From: Hyperthermus butylicus DSM 5456
GTDB taxonomy: Archaea; Thermoproteota; Thermoprotei_A; Sulfolobales; Pyrodictiaceae
Length of the DNA: 32,000 nt
NCBI RefSeq assembly: GCF_000015145.1
Contig: NC_008818.1
Coordinates: 240,001-272,000, forward strand
Direction: 5' to 3'
Positions 9,772 through 18,556 of the stretch are shown here, one piece after another (the first letter of the stretch is position 1; each line of letters opens with the position of its first letter). The position numbers and the translations under genes were made by a program. Under the pieces are notes generated by a model. That model did not search any database. It was given only the letters and a program-made list of their open reading frames with translations, and was not told where the DNA came from.

Positions 9772-10252
9772 GAGCAGCCCTTACTGCCTTACGAGCATCA
9801 TCGTATTTCAAGTAAGCTATGAGGCCCACAGCAAGGCTAAGTGCTACGTGGATTATGAGCAGCAGTATCGCGGCTACCACAAGCCATGTCTTGGCCTCGG
9901 CATAGTAAAAGATTCTCGTCTCGCCGCTCTCCTCGCCCCGTAGCGTGAGCACAATGCGTATAATGTCGTCTACGACAATGCGCCCCCCTTCCTCGACAAC
10001 GTTGAGCCCCCGGAACCTCAGCAGGTCGCCAAGACGCCTCCGAGCCTTCTCGACAGGCATGTCCACGGTGTACTCGTGGCTATCGAATCGAAACATAGAT
10101 GCCACCCTCGCAACCAGGTAGGCCAGCAGAACTATAAGAGCTAGGATAAGCGCAAATACTATACCACCTAGCGCCAAGGGGGCTAAAAGGCTGTCCAAGC
10201 CCTCTACACCCTCAACCCGGATCTCCAAGCCTCCAAGCCCATAGCTTGTCAT
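9740..10252 (-). CDS. Hypothetical membrane protein
   Basis: 170 aa ORF with hydrophobic segments VFALILALIVLLAYLVARV and WLVVAAILLLIIHVALSLAVGLIAYL. Confidence 0.65.
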   Translation of the reverse strand: MTSYGLGGLEIRVEGVEGLDSLLAPLALGGIVFALILALIVLLAYLVARVASMFRFDSHEYTVDMPVEKARRRLGDLLRFRGLNVVEEGGRIVVDDIIRIVLTLRGEESGETRIFYYAEAKTWLVVAAILLLIIHVALSLAVGLIAYLKYDDARKAVRAALSELGTRQVY

Positions 10253-10380
10253 GGCGCTACACCGACCTTATCAGCATCTGGTGCAAGAGCTTCCTCGGCA
10301 GCCCTCTCGGAGTAGCGGCTCTGCGGAGCATAACAAAACTAAGCCTCGCATCCACTCTCCACACGGGGGCGTGGAGAGGA

Positions 10381-10722
10381 GTGTTAGGAGGAGTCTTCCA
10401 GGGCCCGGAGATACTAATCATACTACTCCTCGTGGTCCTACTCATATGGGGGCCGACGAAGCTGCCACAGCTAGCCCGCGGCCTGGGACAAGCACTCTAC
10501 GAGTTCAAGAAGGCCTCCCAGGGCTCAGCAGAGAGGGAGGACAAGCAGGCACGGAAGACCGGGGAGACTCTAAGCAGCGTAGACGATGAGACCTTGAGGA
10601 GGATAGCTGAGAAACTCGGCATCAGTACCGAGAACAAGAGTAGGAGCCAGCTAGTAGAGGAGATAGTCAAGGAGGCAAAGAGGAGAGGCCTACTCGACGA
10701 GCTAGACGTGCGAAAGACCTAG
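10381..10722 (+). CDS. tatA: Sec-independent protein translocase TatA/E-like protein with charged C-terminal extension
   Basis: FQGPEILIILLLVVLLIWGPTKLPQLARGLGQALYEFKKA matches the TatA layout. The track start (10246) adds non-TatA sequence; the GTG at 10381 fits better. Confidence 0.85.
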   Translation: MLGGVFQGPEILIILLLVVLLIWGPTKLPQLARGLGQALYEFKKASQGSAEREDKQARKTGETLSSVDDETLRRIAEKLGISTENKSRSQLVEEIVKEAKRRGLLDELDVRKT

Positions 10723-10855
10723 CACTACACAGCCTCGGCTCAAAGCCCCATAAGCCGGACCCCGTTTTACGATTGTCTTCAAGCCTCCCAATAGAGCCGC
10801 TTACCGTGACTGCGTGGTGTGCTGGAAGACACACTGTCCTGGGAAGGATTTCTAG

Positions 10856-11758
10856 CTAGCCCAGTATCTTGCTAGTGCATGGAGCCAGGTGGCTAGCCAG
10901 CTCCTCTAACTCGCGGGGAGCGCGCGGCCTCCTCGAGAGCCGGGGCACCTTACATACGGGTAGGCCTAGCTCTTCTAGCTCCCTGAGGGCCTCCATTTGC
11001 TCCTGGTGCTCTTCAAGCCATGGCCTGCATATGGGGCAGACTGTTGGGTTTACGATCATGTTTGCTATCAGTGCCCGCGGCTCTATGCCGTGGCTCCGGA
11101 ACTCGCCGAGTAGGCTCCTCGTGATCGCTGCTGAGAGCCGGTCCGGGCTAGTGACAAGCACTAGGCGGTGAATGGGGCCCTGGAGCATGTCGAGTATCCC
11201 CCTGGCGAGGAGTCTCCACTCCTCGATGAGGCGTAGCGGATCCCGGCGCGGCTCGCGGCGCTTCAACTTCTCGAGCGCACTGCGTATCCTTAGGTACATC
11301 CTAGCAGCGTCGCCCAGGTGGCTGTAGAGCTCGTACTCCACCCTTAGCAGGCGCAAGCTGCTCCCAGCTGCAGCCGTGTCCCAGACGATTATGTCAGCAT
11401 CGCTTCTCTCGGCTGCAATGCTGTAGACGAGGTAGAGCATGTACTGGTCAGCTATTCCCGGCGCACCAGCAACATAGTCCACGACTTCGCGGCCCACCGG
11501 CAGGAAGCTGCTCAGAACCTCGTAGACCTCGTCGCCGAAGCGCTCAATCCAGAACCTCTTCACATCCTCCTCCGAAACCTCGAATACTGTAACCCCGCTG
11601 CACTCCTCCCACTTCACGCCAGACCTGCCGCAAAGCAGGAGCCCAAGGGCAGGCGCCGCATCCGTGGACACGGCTAGCACGCGGTACCCCTTCCCTGCGA
11701 GGTGCAGGGCTAGCGCAGCAGCAACCGTAGACTTACCCGTACCACCCTTACTCCACAA
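10856..11758 (-). CDS. ArsA/Get3-family ATPase
   Basis: WSKGGTGKSTVAAALALHLAGKGYRVLAVSTDAAPALG (deviant Walker A) and the Get3-like CxxC in NPTVCPICRPWLEEH. The 5' end is uncertain. Confidence 0.87.
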   Translation of the reverse strand: MWSKGGTGKSTVAAALALHLAGKGYRVLAVSTDAAPALGLLLCGRSGVKWEECSGVTVFEVSEEDVKRFWIERFGDEVYEVLSSFLPVGREVVDYVAGAPGIADQYMLYLVYSIAAERSDADIIVWDTAAAGSSLRLLRVEYELYSHLGDAARMYLRIRSALEKLKRREPRRDPLRLIEEWRLLARGILDMLQGPIHRLVLVTSPDRLSAAITRSLLGEFRSHGIEPRALIANMIVNPTVCPICRPWLEEHQEQMEALRELEELGLPVCKVPRLSRRPRAPRELEELASHLAPCTSKILG

Positions 11759-11944
11759 ACTGACGACTAAGGGCAGTCAACCACACCAGCCGGATATACA
11801 CGAAGAACACTACAAAATCATTGCTGCAGGAGACGAGTCAGCGTCTTGCTAGAAGCCTCATGCCCTAATGGGATAATACTCGATCTTGGATCTACTGGCA
11901 TTGCTGTTGTTACGACTGTCTTTCATTCAGTGCATCACAAGAGC

Positions 11945-11953
11945 TAAATATAC
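11945..11953 (+). promoter_or_regulatory. Putative TATA box for vapB
   Basis: TAAATATAC about 36 nt before the ATG at 11989. Confidence 0.4.
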
Positions 11954-11988
11954 ACGTAGTACATTGAATGTATTACGACGGGTAGGCG

Positions 11989-12210
11989 ATGAGTGTTACC
12001 GTATCGTTCCGTATACCGAGGGAGCTAAAGGAGAGGATGGACCGGCTCCGTGGCAAGGTGAACTGGAGCGAGGAGGTTAGAAGGTTTCTTGAGGAGCGTG
12101 TACGCGAGTATGAACAGCTAGAAGCTATCCGTGAGCTTGAGGAGACTGTGAAAATCCCTTCCACAGGTTCCTCGGGGCACAGCTTTAGGGTATGTGAGGG
12201 AGGATCGTGA
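11989..12210 (+). CDS. vapB: VapB-type antitoxin (CopG/RHH-like)
   Basis: MSVTVSFRIPRELKERMDRLRGKVNWSEEVRRFLEERVREYEQLEAI. The stop overlaps the GTG start of the PIN-domain reading frame. Confidence 0.85.
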   Translation: MSVTVSFRIPRELKERMDRLRGKVNWSEEVRRFLEERVREYEQLEAIRELEETVKIPSTGSSGHSFRVCEGGS

Positions 12211-12619
12211 TAGTCATTGATGCCTCTGGTCTGGCTAAGTATGTGCTCCACGAGGAGGACTGGGAACAGGTAGGCGAGTATATCAAGAGCAAGAGGCCTC
12301 TTGCGTCGGTTGACCATGTGTTGAAGGAGGTTGGAAACGCAATATGGAAGCACTGTCATCAGGTGAGTCATAGATGCTGCCAAGGCTATGAGGCTTTACG
12401 GGAAGCTCCTAAAGCTTGTTGAGACGGGAGTCATAGTCTTGGAGCCCGAGACGGACTATCTGCTTGAGGCAATAGCAGATAGCTTTGGAGTACGGGGTAA
12501 CCCTCTACGACGCATTATATATCGCTCAGGCCCGAAGGAAAGGGGAACTCCTTACAAGTGATAGAAAGCAGGCAGAGATAGCTTCCCGGAACGGCATTAA
12601 GGTCTACCTGGTAGAGTAG
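12207..12619 (+). pseudogene. vapC: VapC PIN-domain toxin, apparently frameshifted twice
   Basis: Frame 1: MIVIDASGLAKYVLHEEDWEQVGEYIKSKRPLASVDHVLKEVGNAIWKHCHQ. Frame 2: VIDAAKAMRLYGKLLKLVETGVIVLEPETDYLLEAIADSFG. Frame 3: VTLYDALYIAQARRKGELLTSDRKQAEIASRNGIKVYLVE, stop at 12617-12619. Confidence 0.82.
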
Positions 12620-12764
12620 CAGTGCCGAGCTGGATAGGCTTACGCTACGCCGCTAGGGGTTTGTAGCCCTATCTTCGGGAAAGATGTATTATCCACAACA
12701 TCCACGTCTAGGGCTAGCGTTATGGATGTACTTGGACTGTATAGCTGTGAGGGTGTAGGAGATT

Positions 12765-13493
12765 ATGGCTGGGTGCAGTATTGCCAACTATGCTTCGGGC
12801 TGCGAGGTTTTCGAGAGGCTCCAGCGTAGTCTCCGTGTGGACTGGCGCGACTACGTGGCTCTGGTCGCGTTCGAGTATGATGCGCGGGAGCACCCGTTCG
12901 CTGTGCTTGCAGGGATCATACTGAGCCAGAATACTAGCGACAGGAACTCTATCCGGGCCTACCTGCAGCTCCGCGAGATGGTTGGCGTATCCCCGGAGGC
13001 CGTGCTTTCGGCGCCGGAGGACAGGCTTATCGAGGCTATTAGGCCGGCTGGGCTGGCAAGGCAGAAGGCTAGGGCGCTCCGGGAGGCTGCCCGCCGCATC
13101 CTCGAGGCTGGCGGCGAGAAGGTACTCCTGGAGATGCCCTGGAGGGAGCTGAGAGAGTTCCTCCTATCGATACCCGGTGTCGGCAAGAAGACTGCTGACG
13201 TGTTTCTCCAGCTTGTCCGGAAAGCGCCAGTCTTCGCGGTGGATACTCATGCCGCACGTATCGCGAAGAGATGGGGACTCGTCGGCGAGAAGGCGGGCTA
13301 CGACGAGACCTCACGGGCCCTCCTAGAGTTCTTCGGGCCAGAGCGCAGCGAGAATGCACACCGGCTCCTCATAGCGCTGGGTAGAACCTACTGCCGAGCA
13401 CGCAACCCCCGCTGCGACGTGTGCCCTCTACGCGACATATGCCCCTACCCCCGCGGCTGCAGCACGGGGAGGAATGATGGAGGAGAGGGCTAG
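12765..13493 (+). CDS. nth: Endonuclease III family (HhH-GPD) DNA glycosylase with FeS cluster
   Basis: ILSQNTSD, LLSIPGVGKKTADVFLQ, VDTHAARIAKRWG, and C-terminal CRARNPRCDVCPLRDIC. Confidence 0.93.
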   Translation: MAGCSIANYASGCEVFERLQRSLRVDWRDYVALVAFEYDAREHPFAVLAGIILSQNTSDRNSIRAYLQLREMVGVSPEAVLSAPEDRLIEAIRPAGLARQKARALREAARRILEAGGEKVLLEMPWRELREFLLSIPGVGKKTADVFLQLVRKAPVFAVDTHAARIAKRWGLVGEKAGYDETSRALLEFFGPERSENAHRLLIALGRTYCRARNPRCDVCPLRDICPYPRGCSTGRNDGGEG

Positions 13494-13818
13494 GCTCTAC
13501 CCGAACGAGTGCGTAAAGCGCGTCGTAGCCTTCATACCGGAGGGCCACATGCACGCCAGGCTAATAATCGAACTCTGCGACCAGAAGATAATACTCCACG
13601 AGGCAGCCGTAGCCGGGATCGTCAGAGCGTATGCGATGGTAGCTCTGCACCCAACGAGGAGGGCGGTAGAGCTGAAGGCCCAGAGGCTCTCCAAGAGGGA
13701 GCGTAAGCTGGGCTACGCGGAGTGGCAGCTGGTCGAAACCAATAGGCCCGAGAAGGAGGTGCTCGCCGAGGCAATGGAGGTTTGGGGGTCGGCAGAGCTG
13801 GTGGAGAGTCATAGCTAA
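13474..13818 (+). CDS. Conserved hypothetical protein
   Basis: 114 aa ORF with ATG start, overlapping the nth 3' end by 20 nt in the same direction. Confidence 0.65.
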   Translation: MMEERARLYPNECVKRVVAFIPEGHMHARLIIELCDQKIILHEAAVAGIVRAYAMVALHPTRRAVELKAQRLSKRERKLGYAEWQLVETNRPEKEVLAEAMEVWGSAELVESHS

Positions 13819-13839
13819 TTACTGCGAGGGGCATCGAGG

Positions 13840-15243
13840 CTACTTTTCCGCCGTTGCTGCGGCTCCTAGCTCGCTGCGGCTTCTGTGGAGGGTCCAGGCT
13901 TTCGCTATGGCGGCTGGGTTGTAGTATAGCGTTAGGAGTGTTATGCCCGCCAGGCCCAGCACAGCTGCGAAGATGAATGCTGCCTGTGCCCCAGTTACCC
14001 CTGCCACTATCTCTACCGTGTAGTATCTCCGGTAGATGTAGGCGCCTATGAGGGGCCCAGCCACCATTCCAAGGTTGAAGAATGCTTGCTGGAGCCCGAA
14101 TACTCTTCCACGGAGCCTTGATGGTATTAGGCCTGCCTGTATAGAGCGGAGGAGCGGCATAGTTATGTTCATCAATATGCTGAGTGCCGCAGCCACAGCT
14201 ATGAATAATGGGTAGCTCCTTATGAACCCTATGGTTGCTAGTAGTAGCCGTGCCAGGGCATAGCTCGCTATTAGGAGTCTCTTCCTATCCGTGTCGGATA
14301 GTTTATCCGCTATGTGGGCGACTGGATAGGATACCAGTAAGCCAGCTAACCCCGCAATACTCATTGCGGCTGCAACCTTTGTTGGCTCCTTGGCTATGAA
14401 GTCTATGATGTAGACTATCATTATGCTTGTCATTATGCCCATTGCTATGCCGTTTAGCAGGCCGTTAGCGTAGAAGGCTGTTAGCGCCCTCTTGACAGGG
14501 CTTGGTAGCTCGCGTAGACCGCCTCGAAACATCTCCATAGCCTTCTCACTTGCCGTCCTCGCAGTAGAGGCAACGGCCTCCTTCAGCGTTGCCGCCACGG
14601 CTACCGCTGGTAGCGTAGCAATTGTTATCAGTATGAAGGGGGCACGGAAGATGTCTACGACGGGGTGACCCTCGAGAAGCCTCTTACTGGCCTCGTAGGC
14701 TGCTGAGCCTATGAGGGGACCCACCACCTGGCCCACGTTCGCGGATATGATGTATAGGCTTAGCGTCCTAGTGCGCAGCCCCGGAGCCACAGTATCCATT
14801 AGCAGTGCCTCGGCTACAGGCCAAACAAGTGCCGATGCTACACCCTGCACTGCGCGGAGGACTATGAGCTGCCACTCTGCTGTGGTTAGAGCATAGAGTA
14901 TACCGAGCACCGTGTAGAGGGACATGCCCGTGACTATCAACGGCTTTCTGCCGACGCGGTCGCTAAGCCAGCCCGAAGCAGCTGCGAAGAGGGCTCTGGT
15001 GGCCATGAATGCTGAGGCCATAGCGCCTATCTCTAGTGCAGCCCTTTCAGCCCGCACCGTGCCAAGCTTCTCTGGCAGCTCTACAAGCAAGCCTTTCAGA
15101 GCTAGAATATAGTATGGGACGATGAGGTTTACAGCTCCAAACCCCACGGTTACGAGGAACGATATGAGTATGATGCCGGCAACGTTGCGGGAGAGCAGCC
15201 TCTCGCCATGCATACTAGCAAGCACCCACTGCAGCGCTGACAT
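13840..15243 (-). CDS. MFS transporter
   Basis: About 12 hydrophobic segments; GWLSDRVGRKPLIVTG and LSDTDRKRLLIASY are MFS loop motifs. Confidence 0.93.
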   Translation of the reverse strand: MSALQWVLASMHGERLLSRNVAGIILISFLVTVGFGAVNLIVPYYILALKGLLVELPEKLGTVRAERAALEIGAMASAFMATRALFAAASGWLSDRVGRKPLIVTGMSLYTVLGILYALTTAEWQLIVLRAVQGVASALVWPVAEALLMDTVAPGLRTRTLSLYIISANVGQVVGPLIGSAAYEASKRLLEGHPVVDIFRAPFILITIATLPAVAVAATLKEAVASTARTASEKAMEMFRGGLRELPSPVKRALTAFYANGLLNGIAMGIMTSIMIVYIIDFIAKEPTKVAAAMSIAGLAGLLVSYPVAHIADKLSDTDRKRLLIASYALARLLLATIGFIRSYPLFIAVAAALSILMNITMPLLRSIQAGLIPSRLRGRVFGLQQAFFNLGMVAGPLIGAYIYRRYYTVEIVAGVTGAQAAFIFAAVLGLAGITLLTLYYNPAAIAKAWTLHRSRSELGAAATAEK

Positions 15244-15363
15244 ATCGGTTTCTGAGCAATGCCCGGCTCGGGGCTACGCTGCAGTACCCCCTATACATTG
15301 GTTTTGGCTATGCGTGGTACTGTTTGGGGGTGGGAAAACCATTGGAGAACCAGTAGCCCACTA

Positions 15364-15369
15364 TTTATA
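15364..15369 (+). promoter_or_regulatory. Putative TATA box for the carbamate kinase gene
   Basis: TTTATA (in CTATTTATAACTGG) about 36-41 nt upstream of the TTG start at 15405, consistent with a short or absent leader. Confidence 0.5.
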
Positions 15370-15404
15370 ACTGGTGAATCCACTGGAACTCCATGGTGTA
15401 GAGC

Positions 15405-16370
15405 TTGGCTTCAGCCACCCCCACCCCCAACGACCTCTACGTAATAGCACTGGGCGGCAACGCGTTCATGAAGAAGGGCGAGGGCGTTGAGGCCCAGTGG
15501 CACAATGTGGAGAAAGCGGCTCGACAGCTGGTTGACCTCATCGAGCAGGGCTACAGGATAGTGGTAACCCACGGTAATGGGCCCCAGGTGGGCCTCATAG
15601 TTAACTGGGTACACCACTACTACGGTCGGCCCGTGGAAAGGTTGACACTCGACATCGCTGGAGCCATGACGCAGGGCTGGCTGGGCTACATGCTCCAGCA
15701 AGCCATAGGTAACGAGCTGGAGCGCCGCGGCATGCCCCGTCGCGTAGTCACGCTCGTCTCCCAGGTCCTCGTAGACCGCAACGACCCTGCATTCCAGAAC
15801 CCGACAAAGTACGTGGGCCCATACTACTCGAGGGAGGAAGCTGAGAGGATAGCCAAGGAGACCGGCTGGGTCTTCAAGCCGGACCCCAGGGGTGGCTATC
15901 GCCGCGTAGTGCCGAGCCCCAAGCCGCTCCGTGTCGTGGAGATAGAGGCTGTGAAGAGGCTTATCGAGCAAGGCTTCATAGTGATAACAGTTGGTGGCGG
16001 TGGCATACCAGTGGTAAGCAGTGACGGTCGCCTACGTGGCGTGGAGGCTGTGATAGACAAGGATCTGGCCTCGAGCCTCCTCGCCCAGAGCCTCAGAGCT
16101 AGAGCCCTCATAATACTCACTGATGTCGACTACGTCTACCTAAACTATGGTAAGCCGAACCAGCAGCCGCTAAAGTTGCTAAAGGCGTCGGAGGCCCGTA
16201 GGCTGCTAGAGGAGGGACACTTCCCTCCAGGCAGTATGGGTCCAAAGGTGCAAGCTGCAATAGAGTTCGTAGAGGCTATGGGTGAGGGATACTTCGCCGC
16301 CATAGGGAGCCTTGACAACGCGTTAGCAGTGGCGCGTGGCGAAAAAGGTACAAGGATTGTCCCCGGCTAG
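15405..16370 (+). CDS. arcC: Carbamate kinase
   Basis: YVIALGGNAFMKKGEG, YRIVVTHGNGPQVGLI, TVGGGGIPVVSSDG, EAVIDKDLASSLLA, LIILTDVDYVYLNYG, GSMGPKVQAAIEF. Confidence 0.95.
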   Translation: MASATPTPNDLYVIALGGNAFMKKGEGVEAQWHNVEKAARQLVDLIEQGYRIVVTHGNGPQVGLIVNWVHHYYGRPVERLTLDIAGAMTQGWLGYMLQQAIGNELERRGMPRRVVTLVSQVLVDRNDPAFQNPTKYVGPYYSREEAERIAKETGWVFKPDPRGGYRRVVPSPKPLRVVEIEAVKRLIEQGFIVITVGGGGIPVVSSDGRLRGVEAVIDKDLASSLLAQSLRARALIILTDVDYVYLNYGKPNQQPLKLLKASEARRLLEEGHFPPGSMGPKVQAAIEFVEAMGEGYFAAIGSLDNALAVARGEKGTRIVPG

Positions 16371-16831
16371 GCGTTCCTCTGGTATAGAGGGCATAGCGCG
16401 CAGAACCAGGGCGCAGCGCTCACCTTAACCCGGTAAATCCCCTCGTCTTCGACGACTATGTCCATGCCGAGCCTCTCGGCTGCCTCCCTACTGAGCCTCC
16501 ATAGTATGCAGATGCCGCGGGACTGGTATATGCATGTTTGGAGTTTCCAGCTTCCAACCATTTCTGCTGCACGCTTGAACTCTTCCAGCCCGGCGACGCG
16601 TCCCTCGAAGAGCCTCAGCACGCCGGAGAACTCCTCGACTTCCTTTTCAACCTTCTCCAGGCCCTCCCAGACCTCCCTCAGCCTCCTCTCGGTCTTGGCA
16701 ACCCTCTCCTCTAGCAGCTCCTCCCTAGCTATGGCGCCTGGCTCGGGCTCTATGAGGGCTATACGGGGCCTGGTCTCTCCCTCCACGGACAAGGCTAGGT
16801 GTACACCCCGCGCTAGAACCCTGCTACCCAC
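16367..16831 (-). CDS. Conserved hypothetical protein
   Basis: 154 aa ORF with coiled-coil-like segment REELLEERVAKTERRLREVWEGLEKVEKEVEEF; overlaps the arcC stop by 4 nt. Confidence 0.7.
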   Translation of the reverse strand: MGSRVLARGVHLALSVEGETRPRIALIEPEPGAIAREELLEERVAKTERRLREVWEGLEKVEKEVEEFSGVLRLFEGRVAGLEEFKRAAEMVGSWKLQTCIYQSRGICILWRLSREAAERLGMDIVVEDEGIYRVKVSAAPWFCALCPLYQRNA

Positions 16832-16885
16832 AGAGATGCTGGTCTTGGAGACTGTAAGACGGGCAGCGCCCCAGTAATACCTTGG

Positions 16886-17719
16886 CTAGAGTTTAACCTC
16901 CGCGAGGAGGTCCTCTAGCAGCTCCAGCTCGGGGAACTCGAGGACGCCAAGCTCCTCGGCTAGAACGTAGGGTTTCACTTTACGTAGGTCGACCTCCTCC
17001 CGGAGTATCGGGGAGAGATACGTGTCGGGAGAGAGGGTGACGCTAGTACCAGTCTGATACTGGCCCACGGCGGGCAACACGACAAGGGCCGCCTGGAGCC
17101 TTGGGTAGGGCGCCACGAGGAACGCGGGGAGCTTGGCAATGAAGCCTAGCCGGTCTCGCAGCCTCAGACTCGGGTGCTCATGCCCCATAATGACTACCTC
17201 GACCCTGCCGGGATAGTCGCCCTCGGGTTTCCGGTGGCCATGCACTACTAGGATCCCGTCCTGGTATAGCTCCTTGACCACCTCTACGCCATACCTTTCA
17301 GCAACTATCGGCAAGTAGTTATCATGGTTGCCCCTTACAACTGTAACCCGGACCCTCCGCTCCTCCCGGAGGAACTGGAAGAGACGGGACAGCTCCTCCC
17401 TCTCGCTCGGCAGCAACCTGGAGAAGCTATGCTTGACGTCGCCGGCGAATATCACCCATTCAGCCCCGGTTTCGTTGAGCCCCCTCCGAACAACATCGAG
17501 GCTACGGAGCAGCTGGACACGCGGGATAAAGTAGCCCTGCCGGGCAGCCTCCTCCTCAAACCCTAGATGCAAATCCGCTACTACCAGCGCATTCAGCCTC
17601 CTAACATACACTGCCGGTAGGTCACCAACAACCTCGACACCCGGCGCTATCTCCAGCAAGGCCATAGTCACCATCACTCTATTGTTGTGGGCCGCGGGGG
17701 AATCCGCCCGCGCATCCAC
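16886..17719 (-). CDS. Metallophosphoesterase, archaeal SbcD-related type
   Basis: ALVVADLHLGFEEEAARQGYFIPR, VIFAGDVKHSF, VTVVRGNHDNY, ILVVHGHRKPEG, VVIMGHEHPSLRL. The start may be an internal GTG/ATG. Confidence 0.9.
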   Translation of the reverse strand: MDARADSPAAHNNRVMVTMALLEIAPGVEVVGDLPAVYVRRLNALVVADLHLGFEEEAARQGYFIPRVQLLRSLDVVRRGLNETGAEWVIFAGDVKHSFSRLLPSEREELSRLFQFLREERRVRVTVVRGNHDNYLPIVAERYGVEVVKELYQDGILVVHGHRKPEGDYPGRVEVVIMGHEHPSLRLRDRLGFIAKLPAFLVAPYPRLQAALVVLPAVGQYQTGTSVTLSPDTYLSPILREEVDLRKVKPYVLAEELGVLEFPELELLEDLLAEVKL

Positions 17720-17852
17720 AAGGGGGCCGATACGGCCCCAATGACCGAGGGGCTTACGGGGGAGCGGGGGCAGAGCCCGCGGCCCACCCGTGAGTCTTCC
17801 TTAGAATACACAGCGGGGTTTTCTCCGAAACGTTTTCAGCTACAAGCCCTAA

Positions 17853-18155
17853 GTGCATTATTTCTCGGAGGCGTATGGCGCCGTGAGACCGGCAGCCTAC
17901 GCTGCTGCCGCCCTGGTACTATTCGCCTTTACTCTTCTTGCGGGCACTAGCACCGGCCTAATAGCCGCAGAGAAGGAGAAGCATAGCAATACACGATGCT
18001 GTGAAGGACTATGTTGTTTCCCGCTTGGCTACCAGCCTAGTAGCTGGGGTAGTGTTGAGCCATTCCATAGACAGGGCCTCTGTGAAAGGGAACATATAAA
18101 TCGAACCAGTAACAGAGACGACAATACTCAATTTTGTTGCAATGACAGTAGCTAA
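17853..18155 (+). CDS. Possible small secreted or membrane-anchored Cys-rich peptide, or the 5' fragment of a broken gene
   Basis: PAAYAAAALVLFAFTLLAGTSTGLIAAEK is signal-peptide-like, followed by RCCEGLCCF and FCCNDSS. Confidence 0.3.
   Translation: MHYFSEAYGAVRPAAYAAAALVLFAFTLLAGTSTGLIAAEKEKHSNTRCCEGLCCFPLGYQPSSWGSVEPFHRQGLCEREHINRTSNRDDNTQFCCNDSS
18093..18100 (+). promoter_or_regulatory. TATA-box-like element upstream of the ORF at 18142
   Basis: CATATAAA about 42-49 nt before the ATG at 18142. Confidence 0.3.
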
Positions 18156-18426
18156 TCTCCATACTGAACCCCTGCTAATACCTAGCTATGACTTAGCAAG
18201 CATAAACTCATTCACAGCATATACCGACACACTGTTACCCTTCTTCTCCCCGGCTCCAGAAGCCCTAGCCGGAGAAGGGACAGCTTCAAATAAAACATGC
18301 TACGTCATGAATGCACATGTGAACAATATGACATATCATCGGGAGATTATAGTCAGATGCCTATCCTACATGATAGTTGTTAGGGAGAACACCACCATTC
18401 CCTCATACCCCCGGCTTCCTCTATAA
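18142..18426 (+). CDS. Hypothetical ORF; may be a gene fragment
   Basis: 94 aa ORF in the AT-richer patch, rich in N-x-T/S-like motifs. Coding-like sequence continues in another frame downstream. Confidence 0.35.
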   Translation: MTVANLHTEPLLIPSYDLASINSFTAYTDTLLPFFSPAPEALAGEGTASNKTCYVMNAHVNNMTYHREIIVRCLSYMIVVRENTTIPSYPRLPL

Positions 18427-18556
18427 CACATACAGGATCAAGTATGGCGATAGGCTTGAGTACGAGTTCATCAGTACTACACACTCCAAAGAATTCATGG
18501 ATCCCAAGACGATATATGAGGAGTATGTGAAGTCCATTTTCGATACCAAATCATGA
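18419..18556 (+). pseudogene. Coding-like fragment in a different frame
   Basis: LYNTYRIKYGDRLEYEFISTTHSKEFMDPKTIYEEYVKSIFDTKS* with no good start codon, flanked by ORFs at 18142 and 18557. Confidence 0.3.

Noticed and set aside
10246-10380. N-terminal extension of the TatA ORF
   Set aside because: Would bury the TatA membrane helix behind unrelated residues and overlaps the start of the divergent gene; the GTG at 10381 is more credible.
18554-18556. In-frame TGA as a selenocysteine codon
   Set aside because: Crenarchaeota are not known to use selenocysteine, no SECIS-like element was recognised, and a GTG start follows directly, so separate genes or decay are simpler.
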